From Octopus bimaculoides (Eukaryota), in the NCBI RefSeq assembly GCF_001194135.2, contig NC_068981.1, forward strand, positions 113,996,872-114,060,871: DNA of 64,000 nucleotides, written 5' to 3'. The position numbers and the translations under genes are program-made. The number at the start of each line of letters is the position of its first letter. The first letter of the stretch is position 1. The notes below the pieces were generated by a model that had not been told where the DNA came from, ran no database searches, and worked only from the letters and a program-made list of their open reading frames with translations. This document shows positions 12,593 to 23,336 of this stretch, one piece after another.

Positions 12593-13706
12593 AGACTATG
12601 GATGATTAAATTACACCAATTATTATAGTGCATTATTGTGCCATTCAAAACACATTATTACTATTTATTATTATTGTTTACAAACAATACACAAAGCTTC
12701 AAGCGAACTACAATACTCTCTTATANNNNNNNNNNNNNNNNNNNNNNNNNNNNNNNNNNNNNNNNNNNNNNNNNNNNNNNNNNNNNNNNNNNNNNNNNNN
12801 NNNNNNNNNNNNNNNNNNNNNNNNNNNNNNNNNNNNNNNNNNNNNNNNNNNNNNNNNNNNNNNNNNNNNNNNNNNNNNNNNNNNNNNNNNNNNNNNNNNN
12901 NNNNNNNNNNNNNNNNNNNNNNNNNNNNNNNNNNNNNNNNNNNNNNNNNNNNNNNNNNNNNNNNNNNNNNNNNNNNNNNNNNNNNNNNNNNNNNNNNNNN
13001 NNNNNNNNNNNNNNNNNNNNNNNNNNNNNNNNNNNNNNNNNNNNNNNNNNNNNNNNNNNNNNNNNNNNNNNNNNNNNNNNNNNNNNNNNNNNNNNNNNNN
13101 NNNNNNNNNNNNNNNNNNNNNNNNNNNNNNNNNNNNNNNNNNNNNNNNNNNNNNNNNNNNNNNNNNNNNNNNNNNNNNNNNNNNNNNNNNNNNNNNNNNN
13201 NNNNNNNNNNNNNNNNNNNNNNNNNNNNNNNNNNNNNNNNNNNNNNNNNNNNNNNNNTACCCTATGAGTAAAATCCAACAGTCTTTGAAATTGGTCATTC
13301 CAAATACAGAATTTATACACAGTGTTATTGAATCAAGGGTTCTCTTTAAAGTGACCTAAAAGTAGGAAATGTATTAGTAGGGTCAAATCGAAAACAAGAA
13401 GAGAGGAATAAAGGAAGAGGAAAAGAAAGGCGGGGGGGGGGAAGAAGAAAATAATAAAAAGAATAAAGAAAAGAAAGGAAAAGGCAATACAAAAATGGAG
13501 ATAAGGTAAAGTGTACCAGAATGGTCAGTGAATATAATAAGAAGGTAGGATAGGGGTGAAAGAGAGAGAAAAGTATTATAGTGTACAAAGGTAGAAGGAA
13601 TGGGAGGTTATGCAGAGAGAGATATAAAGCTTTAAAGAGTGTCAATTCCAGTGATGGAGTCTAAATGATGGGGTAGAGGAAGGAATTTAGATGGTTGGAG
13701 AGGTCA

Positions 13707-14148
13707 GTCCTAGTAGTAGAATAAAAACATGTGAGAATGTATAAATATGCATACATTAGACATGTATAAATATATATATATATATTTATATTTATACAGA
13801 TGTTTATACATATCAATATCTACACATATAACTCGTATTCATATGTATATGGATACGTGCACACCCACATGTACGTGTATCTGTGTCTTATCGCCTCTGT
13901 ACACGCATGTATAAATACCTTTTATACATACATACATACATTCACACATACACACGTACATACATACATATGCGCGTGGGTGTACGCGCACGTATCCATA
14001 TACATATGAGTATGAGTTATATGTGTACTAGTACTACTAGTAGAATAAAAACATGTAAGAATGTATACATATATATACATTAGACATGTATATATCTATA
14101 TATATATTTCATTTATACAGATGTTGATACATATCAATATCTACACAT
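13707..14148 (+). repeat. About 120-bp direct repeat (13707-13830 and 14028-14148)
   Basis: ctagtagaataaaaacatgt..gaatgtata...cattagacatgtata...atttatacagatgtt.atacatatcaatatctacacat occurs twice about 320 bp apart. Confidence 0.8.
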
Positions 14149-14227
14149 TGAAAAGAAGTCCTTTGAATTGTAAAGGAAGCTTTACTGTATGGCCAGCTCT
14201 GTGTGTGTGTGTGTGTGCGTGCGTGCA

Positions 14228-14279
<52 letters not shown>

Positions 14280-14631
14280 TGGAATATATTGTCAAAAACA
14301 TTTTTCTTATTTTCTTTTTCTATTGAGAGAAAATGATTTAGTGGTCAAGGGCTTTTTGTGGATGGTTATTCAGAAAATTAAGCGGGGGATTATTTGCTAT
14401 TTGTTTTAGTGTATGTGTGTTTGAGATATATTGTCAAATTATTTTCCTTTTTATCTTTTTCTTCTATTGAGAAGACATGGTCAGTAGTTCTCGCCAGCTG
14501 TATGTGTGTGTTGTTTTGTCTGTGTGACTGTATGTTTGCGTGTGTGTGTCTATACTTGTGTGTTGCTTTTGCTTTTTTTTTGGAAATATGCTTTGTATAT
14601 TGTGGTAGGTGTGTATTTGTGTGTGTTATCG

Positions 14632-14663
<32 letters not shown>

Positions 14664-14912
14664 TAGAACCTTATTTGTTGATTGATAGTGGGTGTTTAGG
14701 TATTTAGCTGTGCTTTTAAATTTGTTAAAGGGTTTGGTGTGTGTGTTTTTCTTTTTTGTAGTTTGTGTTGTCTTGTCTGTGCATGTGTGTATGTATGAGT
14801 GTATTTTTAGTGGTGTGTGCGTGTGCATATGTATGTATTTTGGATTTTTGCTTTTTGGAAACATGTTCTGTGTGGAGGTTTATGCTGTGTGCTTTTGGTT
14901 TTATGGGGATGC

Positions 14913-14948
<36 letters not shown>

Positions 14949-14989
14949 AGCACGTAACCTGTCCTTATTTATTGATTAATGGTGGGTGT

Positions 14990-15940
14990 TTCGAGATTTA
15001 GTTGTGGTTTATACTTGTCGATGAATTGTTTTTCTTTGTTTATTCTCTGTTGCTGGGTAAAAGAGTCCGAGCATTTGAGCAGGGGAAGATTTTAAAACTG
15101 GGTAAGGTCATTCACGTACAGTTTGCAATATGACTACTTAGCAAAACCTTGGCAGTATATCGTCATTCTTCCACGTAATGAAATGCCCGTCTGTCCTATG
15201 TAGTTTTATTGGCATCCACCACATGTTATTGTGTAAATTACGTTTTATAAATTACAGATGAAGTTTACTTTTACTTTGAAGTTTTGTACAGTTTTAAATT
15301 TGAATTTTGGTCCTTCTGTTAGGTATAAGCAGGTGCTACAACTTGTTCTTCAGCATTTTGTCACAGTTGGGTTGGGGATTTGTCTATGTGTTTTTGTTCC
15401 GGTGAGGATTTATGTAAGTGCTTTGGGCTGCCTTTTACATTTAATAATTTGGTATGTTTCCAGAATTTGTTTCCTTTTATCATCTGCAAGTAGAATGGGA
15501 GGTTTTTGTGGATGAAGTTAAATATTTCAGTGTTTTGGGGATTGAAGGTTGACACATATGGTAAAATATTTTTCTTTATTTTGATTTTCATTTTCCTTAG
15601 TTCCTGGATATCAATAAAGTTTGCTCTGTCTATTCCATTGATGATAATCAACCTGTTGGGAATGCTCTTTGGATGAGTATGTTTATAAGTTCTTCCAGTC
15701 TTTGTTCGCGCTTAGAAGGGTCTGACAGTATTGTACAAATTCGTTTTGCCAGGTTAAATATTAAATTCAGTTTGGTGTGTTTAGGGTGGCCTGATGTGAA
15801 TAGAAGGTACTGTTTCAAGTCGGTGGCTTTATAAAATATGTCCGTTTCCATTTTCCCTTCCTTGTTAGTGATTAAAATAGCCAGGAAGGCAAGTTCCTCG
15901 GGGCAAAATTCTATTGTAAATTGGATGTCTTTGCTTAAGT
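14990..15940 (-). mobile_element. Penelope-like element fragment (RT thumb + GIY-YIG)
   Basis: IQFTIEFCPEELAFLAILITNKEGKMETDIFYKATDLKQYLLFTSGHPKHTK...LAKRICTI; LPYVSTFNPQN; NVIYTITCGGCQ*NYIGQTGISLRGRM at about 15250-15165. Cut at 15940 by a SINE. Confidence 0.85.
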
Positions 15941-15942
15941 TA

Positions 15943-16158
15943 CTCTTTACTCTTTTATTTGTTTCAGTCATTTGACTGCGGCCATGCTGGAGCACCGCCT
16001 TTAGTCGAGCAAATCGACCTCGGGACTTATTCCTTGTAAGCCTAGTACTTATTCTATCGGTCTCTTTTGCCTAACCGCTAAGTTACCGGGACGTAAACAC
16101 ACCACCATCGGTTGTCAAGCAATGCTAGGGGAACAAACACAGACACAAAAACACACAC

Positions 16159-16195
<37 letters not shown>

Positions 16196-16284
16196 TACGA
16201 CGGGCTTCTTTCAGTTTTCGTCTACCAAATCCACTCACAAGGCTTTGGTCAGCCCGAGGCTATAGTAGAAGACACTTGCCTAAG
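15943..16284 (-). mobile_element. SINE family A with internal (TA)n and 3' tail, head missing
   Basis: Reverse complement of the 57443-57895 copy (gtttcagtcatttgactgcggccatgctggagcaccgcc...cgggcttctttcagtttt..cgtctaccaaatccactcacaagg). Confidence 0.9.
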
Positions 16285-16337
16285 TTGTTCAGTTTATTTT
16301 TTAAACTTGTGAGTCTTCCTGCCGTACNNNNNNNNNN

Positions 16338-16381
<44 letters not shown>

Positions 16382-17457
16382 GCTTATCTAACTTATGTAT
16401 GATCAAACTTCAAGCAGCTGGTGTTGTTCTGCGTCGGCAAGACTTATATTATGTAGGATAATTGATAAAAAAGTAAAGTGAATTTGCCGCGAGGAGTGGA
16501 AAATCCAACATTTCGGACAGTCCTTCAGGGAAAAGTTGAAAGGAGAGAAACAGATGAGAGACAGCAGACTTTTACATGATCTAAGTTAAAAAGACTACCT
16601 GCAACTGATAAGGAATGCAAGACAACGTTTTCCCTCTCGTATTGCTTATGTAAACAATTATTACATCTTTTAATTAAATCAAGTTTCTGTCTTCATCCCC
16701 CCCTACATAAAACGAGAGAGAAAATACAGCATAATAAATATCTGCTATTCATATCACACATTTCCATGACATATTTAAAGAAGAAAAGTTATTATGTAAC
16801 CTTCTCACGTGACTGTCGCAGGAGGTTTAAGCATAAACGCTGGCTAATAAATTTGTACGTTAACGGACAGCTTTCTGCGTCACATTCTTTCTTTACAAAC
16901 GAGCAAATTTTATTACAACGCCCAGGAAAGACAATTCGCGACAAAGCTCCACAAACAATATACTTTTGCAATGTGAAACCAGTCAAGTGAATGCTTATAT
17001 TTCAAACTGTAATCAATTCTGGTTAAGTGTGGATTAATAACGATATATATATATATATATANNNNNNNNNNNNNNNNNNNNNNNNNNNNNNNNNNNNNNN
17101 NNNNNNNNNNNNNNNNNNNNNNNNNNNNNNNNNNNNNNNNNNNNNNNNNNNNNNNNNNNNNNNNNNNNNNNNNNNNNNNNNNNNNNNNNNNNNNNNNNNN
17201 NNNNNNNNNNNNNNNNNNNNNNNNNNNNNNNNNNNNNNNNNNNNNNNNNNNNNNNNNNNNNNNNNNNNNCATACGTACATGCATACATACGTACATACAT
17301 ACATACGTACATACGTATAGGTAAATTAAAATTAGAAATTAAAACCAAAACATCAAAACTTAAAAGGACACTGAATGTATTTTGGTGACGCTCAGTTTCA
17401 GATGGAAAAAAAGCGTTGTGACATTTCCTTGTCAGAAAGAGGAAGGGGATCGGGCCA

Positions 17458-17489
<32 letters not shown>

Positions 17490-17498
17490 TGTGTGTGT

Positions 17499-17529
<31 letters not shown>

Positions 17530-18318
17530 CGTGCGTGTCTGTGTGTCTGTGTGTCTGTGTGTGTGTGTATGTGTGCGTGTGTGTGTGTTTGTGCGTGTAT
17601 GTTTGTGTATGTGTGTATGTATGTATTCCACACATTCATATGTGTGAATCTGCAGCCCGTTCTTAGTTATAACAACAGTAGAATCCCACTACCGTCACAG
17701 ACAAGTATCATTACTTCAATCACACATTCACTCGACGCTCTAATTCTCACAGAAACATATCCGTAAGACCATTCACTAACGAATATTGTATTTCATTCCG
17801 ACAAAAGATCTCCACACAATAATTTTCCATTATTTAAATGTATTCACAATCAGTTATTTATGTATTTTCTCTTATAATCGCCATTGGTGTTATTTTTGTG
17901 TCTACTTCAATACGATTAAAGTTCAAATAAGAACAATTTGATTTTGAAACCTACAATCAAGCGACACCTGTCTAGTGCCCTGTATCTGAACTTCATTCAC
18001 CCAATTGTTTACTCGAATTTCTATTTACCAAAAGCATCGCTCAACATCCAGCCTCGTCGCCTCACATTCAAACTACAAAATCTAGGCAAACACTATTCGA
18101 CCCAATAACACTCATTATTTCAGTAACCCATTAGCTCTGGTATCCTTGCACATCATATCCCCAACTAGTTACCAACTATATCCAAGACCAAGATATAATT
18201 AATATATCTTAGGGTACAAGCATTCGAATTAAAGAATATCTTAAAACCACCAGTTGCCGGGTTATTTTGAATTTTTTGCTAATTTTCGAAATCTATATTC
18301 ATCCATGTTATTTTCTAG

Positions 18319-18389
18319 TACAATATAAATTTTCGAAACATCTCGTTTTAGCCGTGTGCAGCTTTTACAATATACTTCTCATTGAGAAG
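18319..18389 (+). CDS. Candidate internal exon (xQYKFSKHLVLAVCSFYNILLIEK), unidentified
   Basis: Acceptor atgttattttctag, perfect donor AAG|GTAAGT, 71 nt open, phase 1 to 0. Confidence 0.3.
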
Positions 18390-18435
18390 GTAAGTAAAAT
18401 TACATATCAGGAAATAAAGCTTTAGGACTACATAT

Positions 18436-18560
18436 TTTTTTCTACTGTAGGTACAAGACCCGAAATTTTGGGGGAGGTGCCAGTCGATTATATCTACACC
18501 AGTACGCAACTGGTACTTAATTTATCGACGGCGAGAGGATGAAAGTCAAAGTCGACCTTA
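18436..18560 (-). mobile_element. SINE B 3' fragment
   Basis: gtacgcaactggtacttaatttatcgac...ggatgaaagtcaaagtcgacct is the RC of the SINE B core. Confidence 0.8.
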
Positions 18561-18651
18561 CTTTGCTGAAAAGTTTAATTCACTTAGTGTTTTCATATCA
18601 CGCACCTTGTGGTGTTAGGTACCATTCATCCTCTCAGGAGTGTCTGTCTTA

Positions 18652-18691
18652 AATACATGCCCAAGTTATTATCATAACTTGGGCATGTATT
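18652..18691. repeat. Perfect 18-bp inverted repeat with 4-nt spacer
   Basis: aatacatgcccaagttat-tatc-ataacttgggcatgtatt. Confidence 0.95.
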
Positions 18692-19541
18692 GGCAAGATA
18701 AAATACGATCCCTACAGTTTGAAATTATGATCTGATGAACAATGTGAAGTATCTAAGACAGAGTTCAAAGTCGTTTGATCCGTTCCTAAGCGCGACTTTT
18801 CTCTCCTTTATTCCCTGGACTTTCAATATAATTGAAAAGCTATTTGGTATCCCCAGAGGCTAGTATGGCTGAATTTCGTGTATGCGTTACTCGGTATAGT
18901 ACGCAATGCTTTTCTCCAAACGTTTACTGTTCAAAGAAGAGACTTCCACATTTCATTATTTGCATATCTATTAATTTTGTTTTTGATTTGATTCCAATAG
19001 TTAGATATGATTACTCTTGATGATACTGGAAACTCTCTGCATGCAGCTGAAGATTGTCTATTTGTTGATTTGTTTAACATTTGATACAATTTGCATCAAA
19101 TCTAGAAATTGTTTTTTATCATGAAAACAACAAATTATACATAAATGTTAGGTGAATGATTATTATATTCCTCATTGTAGTATATATAATATAGTTGTTA
19201 GTTGTTCATCTTGGAGAAAGTCTTAACATTATATGCATTCTGCAAATATGATAAGTTTCTATATTAAGTCCAAATAAGTGTTACTTTCAATTATAATTTT
19301 CAACATATCCTTTTCAAACTTGATTAGAGTATTTCAGGTTGTGCATTTTTGTTGAATATATTTCTCTATAAGTCAAATATGTTTATGCATTGTGGAAGTA
19401 ATTTGTATGTATATGCTATTTTCCCTCGATCACTATGCGTTTGAATGTTTTGTTTTTGTATGACTGTGTTTCTTTGTGTAAATATGGTTGTGTATAAATA
19501 TATTATTCTACTTTGCAGAATAATGAATAAATTTTGCATGT

Positions 19542-19668
19542 GGGTCAGCCAGATGGTTCCGGGTTCGGTATCACTGCGTGGCATCTTGGGCAAGTGTCTC
19601 CTGCTTATAGCCTCTGGCCGACCAAAGTCTTGTGAGTGGATTTAGACGGAACCTGAAAGAAGCCCGTC

Positions 19669-19669
<1 letters not shown>
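19542..19669 (+). mobile_element. SINE family A partial copy
   Basis: atggttccgggttcgg..cactgcgtggcatcttgggcaagtgtct...gccgaccaaagtcttgtgagtggattt..gacggaacctgaaagaagcccgtcg followed by (TA)n. Confidence 0.85.
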
Positions 19670-19705
<36 letters not shown>

Positions 19706-21097
19706 GTTGACCAGTAAAGTGGACATTTAATATGCTAGAAATAGACCACATTTTGTGTCTACTAAGACATAGTAGTTCTCAAAAGAAATTCAGCGTAATA
19801 TCAAACCGTAAGCGAGCAAGANNNNNNNNNNNNNNNNNNNNNNNNNNNNNNNNNNNNNNNNNNNNNNNNNNNNNNNNNNNNNNNNNNNNNNNNNNNNNNN
19901 NNNNNNNNNNNNNNNNNNNNNNNNNNNNNNNNNNNNNNNNNNNNNNNNNNNNNNNNNNNNNNNNNNNNNNNNNNNNNNNNNNNNNNNNNNNNNNNNNNNN
20001 NNNNNNNNNNNNNNNNNNNNNNNNNNNNNNNNNNNNNNNNNNNNNNNNNNNNNNNNNNNNNNNNNNNNNNNNNNNNNNNNNNNNNNNNNNNNNNNNNNNN
20101 NNNNNNNNNNNNNNNNNNNNNNNNNNNNNNNNNNNNNNNNNNNNNNNNNNNNNNNNNNNNNNNNNNNNNNNNNNNNNNNNNNNNNNNNNNNNNNNNNNNN
20201 NNNNNNNNNNNNNNNNNNNNNNNNNNNNNNNNNNNNNNNNNNNNNNNNNNNNNNNNNNNNNNNNNNNNNNNNNNNNNNNNNNNNNNNNNNNNNNNNNNNN
20301 NNNNNNNNNNNNNNNNNNNNNNNNNNNNNNNNNNNNNNNNNNNNNNNNNNNNNNNNNNNNNNNNNNNNNNNNNNNNNNNNNNNNNNNNNNNNNNNNNNNN
20401 NNNNNNNNNNNNNNNNNNNNNNNNNNNNNNNNNNNNNNNNNNNNNNNNNNNNNNNNNNNNNNNNNNNNNNNNNNNNNNNNNNNNNNNNNNNNNNNNNNNN
20501 NNNNNNNNNNNNNNNNNNNNNNNNNNNNNNNNNNNNNNNNNNNNNNNNNNNNNNNNNNNNNNNNNNNNNNNNNNNNNNNNNNNNNNNNNNNNNNNNNNNN
20601 NNNNNNNNNNNNNNNNNNNNNNNNNNNNNNNNNNNNNNNNNNNNNNNNNNNNNNNNNNNNNNNNNNNNNNNNNNNNNNNNNNNNNNNNNNNNNNNNNNNN
20701 NNNNNNNNNNNNNNNNNNNNNNATATATATATATATATATATAAATCTGTAAGGTGATACTCAGGCACTCCTCTATGAGTTTGTAAGATAGTTGTTTATT
20801 CCTTTGTCAATTTCTTATTACCCCTCTATTCTCGGCTAAAGCTTTTTTCTGAAGCATTTGTGTGCTTTTCATACTCATAAGATATTACTTAAGATTGCTC
20901 TTAATATTTAACAAAAATGCGACACCTGAGGAAGCATCCACATTGAAATGGAGCTGACAAAAATTTCAGATTTGTAAATATTAAGAGTAATCCTAATATC
21001 TTATGAATATGAAAAATTGTTACCTAATGAACTTGTCAGATGCACAGACATATGTGATTGCATTAGTAATCTCTATCAATTTCCATCTGCAATTTGT

Positions 21098-21149
<52 letters not shown>

Positions 21150-22654
21150 TCTTGTACGTTTATTCTTCTACTCGTTTCAGTCATGCGACTCGTTTCGGTC
21201 ATGTTGGGGGTAACACCGTGCTATAGTTCTTTTCAACAAATTTTTAGCTGATTAAAGGAGACATTATATCATTAGAAAAAACCGTTTCATCAGATGAATA
21301 CATGAACCACAATATTCAAAAACATTCAAAAGCCTACGGGATGTGCATCTTCATGATTTTATTACCCTTGCTGGTCACGCAGTATTCATGTGTAGTTATC
21401 TATTTATTCACCCCTCTCGGATCCTGCTCCTTGCGTAGGTCCGAAATATATTATGGACCGAACATTTAGTGCGATGTGCGTCCCTGATTAGTCTCAGGGC
21501 TATTGATATATTCAGTCGGGACAGTTAATCGTATACATAACCTAAATATCTTTCTGTCTGTATTTTGGCATCCGCATATGTATTCCTCTACTTTTGCTAT
21601 GTACACATTCTACTTTTCGACCCGACCCGGTGCCTTATCGCTTAAGTGCCTGGTTCATTTGAATCCTGAACATACATATGCATATATACATATGTGTGAG
21701 TTTTTATATACTTTAACATGTTGCAACATGTAAAACTATACACACACACACACACACACACATATATATGCATGCATTATGTCATACTCTAAGACCGGAG
21801 CTGTCAATAATGACGGAGACATAATTGGAATATCTACAAGTTGTAAATGAGAGTATTGAGGATTTAAAGAAAAATGCTAAAGTAAAAAGGAAATATTAAA
21901 TTATATTTAGCACTCCCCAACTATTACACATGTTTCATTACTTTTAACATGTACAATATGTTGTAGTCAATGATTCACTCATTCTTTATTAACCTATACA
22001 ATAAAGGCCCTACTTAAGTTCACAAATGCATTCAAAACTGCCAAAATATATGCAATTGTACATGTTCTTACAAACAGGTTACATATATTTTCAAAAGATT
22101 TTAAAGGAAGAGCAGTTTTTTATGCTAAATTTGTGCATCTGCAACATATTCGACACATTCCATGCAAAAACTTTAAATGTACTAAGCATCGTTATTCACA
22201 TTCACTATAAAAGTTCCTGAAGAACAATATTTCTTGCATAGACATGATGAGGTACGAACACACCTTGGTGTTCTTAAATTTCAGTTTGTAATTTCAAATT
22301 ATTATTATTATTTTTATTTTACTAAATAATCACAACGTGTACCATCCATCTAAATTTGGAGCACGAGACAGCAAGTCACTGGATTGGTCACTTATTTGAT
22401 GGAGTTTACCATTTTCATGTATATTCCTATCACTGTTTTAAGTATAGTCCATCAAAGTTTGGCTAGAAAAATGATGAATAAAGCTTTAATAAATGGTGCG
22501 ATGCATTGCGAATTATCAGAAAGTATGAAAATTAAAATATTAGTTAAGCATCATGAGACAAACAACATAAAATAAGGAACTTCCAAAACCAAAAAAGAAA
22601 CAAAAGAACTAAGTAATGACTCAGAACAAGAAAGTAGAGATGCTCCACATTTAG

Positions 22655-22722
22655 CACTATGAGAAAAAGACAGCTGATTTCAGACCTATCCGGGATTTGC
22701 AGATCCGGTCGCAGAATGAACT
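22655..22722 (-). mobile_element. Short RTE 3' fragment
   Basis: RC ttctgcgaccggatctgcaaatcccggataggtctg = FCDRICKSRIGL, matching 10840-10870. Confidence 0.6.
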
Positions 22723-23258
22723 ATTTCAAATTCAGAAAATGAACAGAATGATTCCAATTATTGTCGAATGATTTAGAAAGTAAATCTTATGAAGTGGAGC
22801 GTATTCAACAGCTTCTTACAAAGTGTTTCTTACAAAAAATTGTATATATACAGAGACACGTAGCCTATTATACATATTGATAGTTAGCAAGCGTTTGTGT
22901 GTGTGAGAGAAAAAATGAGACGGAGAAAGAAAATGAGAGAGAGAGAGAGTTGACGAAATGGACTACAAGTATATATTATTGGAATATATACAAGCTTTGT
23001 GAGTGCATAAATTGAGGCCATAGAGAAGAAAGGAAATTGAATCTAAATGCATATGCATGTGGATGTGTGTACTTATGGAATCTTTGTAGATTTGAGAAAT
23101 TAAATTCTTAAAGTAAAAGCAGATTAATAAAAGGAGCTCTTGAATAAATTAGGAAACCTAGATGAATACTATTCCATTAACATTTGGGCAGAATTGGAAT
23201 TAATCAAGTCAATATTGTATTTTTGGACCTCTCCCCATTTATTCTCTTCCACATTTAG

Positions 23259-23336
23259 TTAACAAAGAAACTATTTATGTCAACAAAGGCTTCAACTACA
23301 TGCCCAATATTATTAAATTCGTAGTAGATAATATAG
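23259..23336 (+). CDS. Candidate internal exon (xNKETIYVNKGFNYMPNIIKFVVDNIx), unidentified
   Basis: Long pyrimidine tract ctctccccatttattctcttccacatttag, donor TAG|GTAAGC, 78 nt open, phase 1 to 1. Confidence 0.4.

Larger units (their letters stand above)
11720..12725 (-). mobile_element. 5'-truncated Penelope-like element (GIY-YIG fragment) flanked by inverted pseudo-LTRs
   Basis: Minus strand about 12520-12228: VILYSVQCNKCNNFYVGSTTRPLHFRIKEHL...LRIKETILIDRQGPQINNR. 11720-11880 and 12536-12682 are inverted copies of one terminal segment. Confidence 0.85.

Noticed and set aside
16500-16530. Hammerhead-like RC tccCTGAAGgactgtccGAAAtgttgga
   Set aside because: Core incomplete (no CTGANGA); at most a decayed motif.
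17660-18230. Possible APE endonuclease remnant (LDALILTETY)
   Set aside because: A single short motif with no further support.
20921-20960. gacacCTGAGGAagc...GAAAtgg hammerhead-like string
   Set aside because: Stems II and I cannot be formed; too degenerate to call.
21438-21499. Two adjacent small hairpins (ggtcc/ggacc, ccctga/tcaggg)
   Set aside because: 5-6-bp stems are expected by chance; no ribozyme core.
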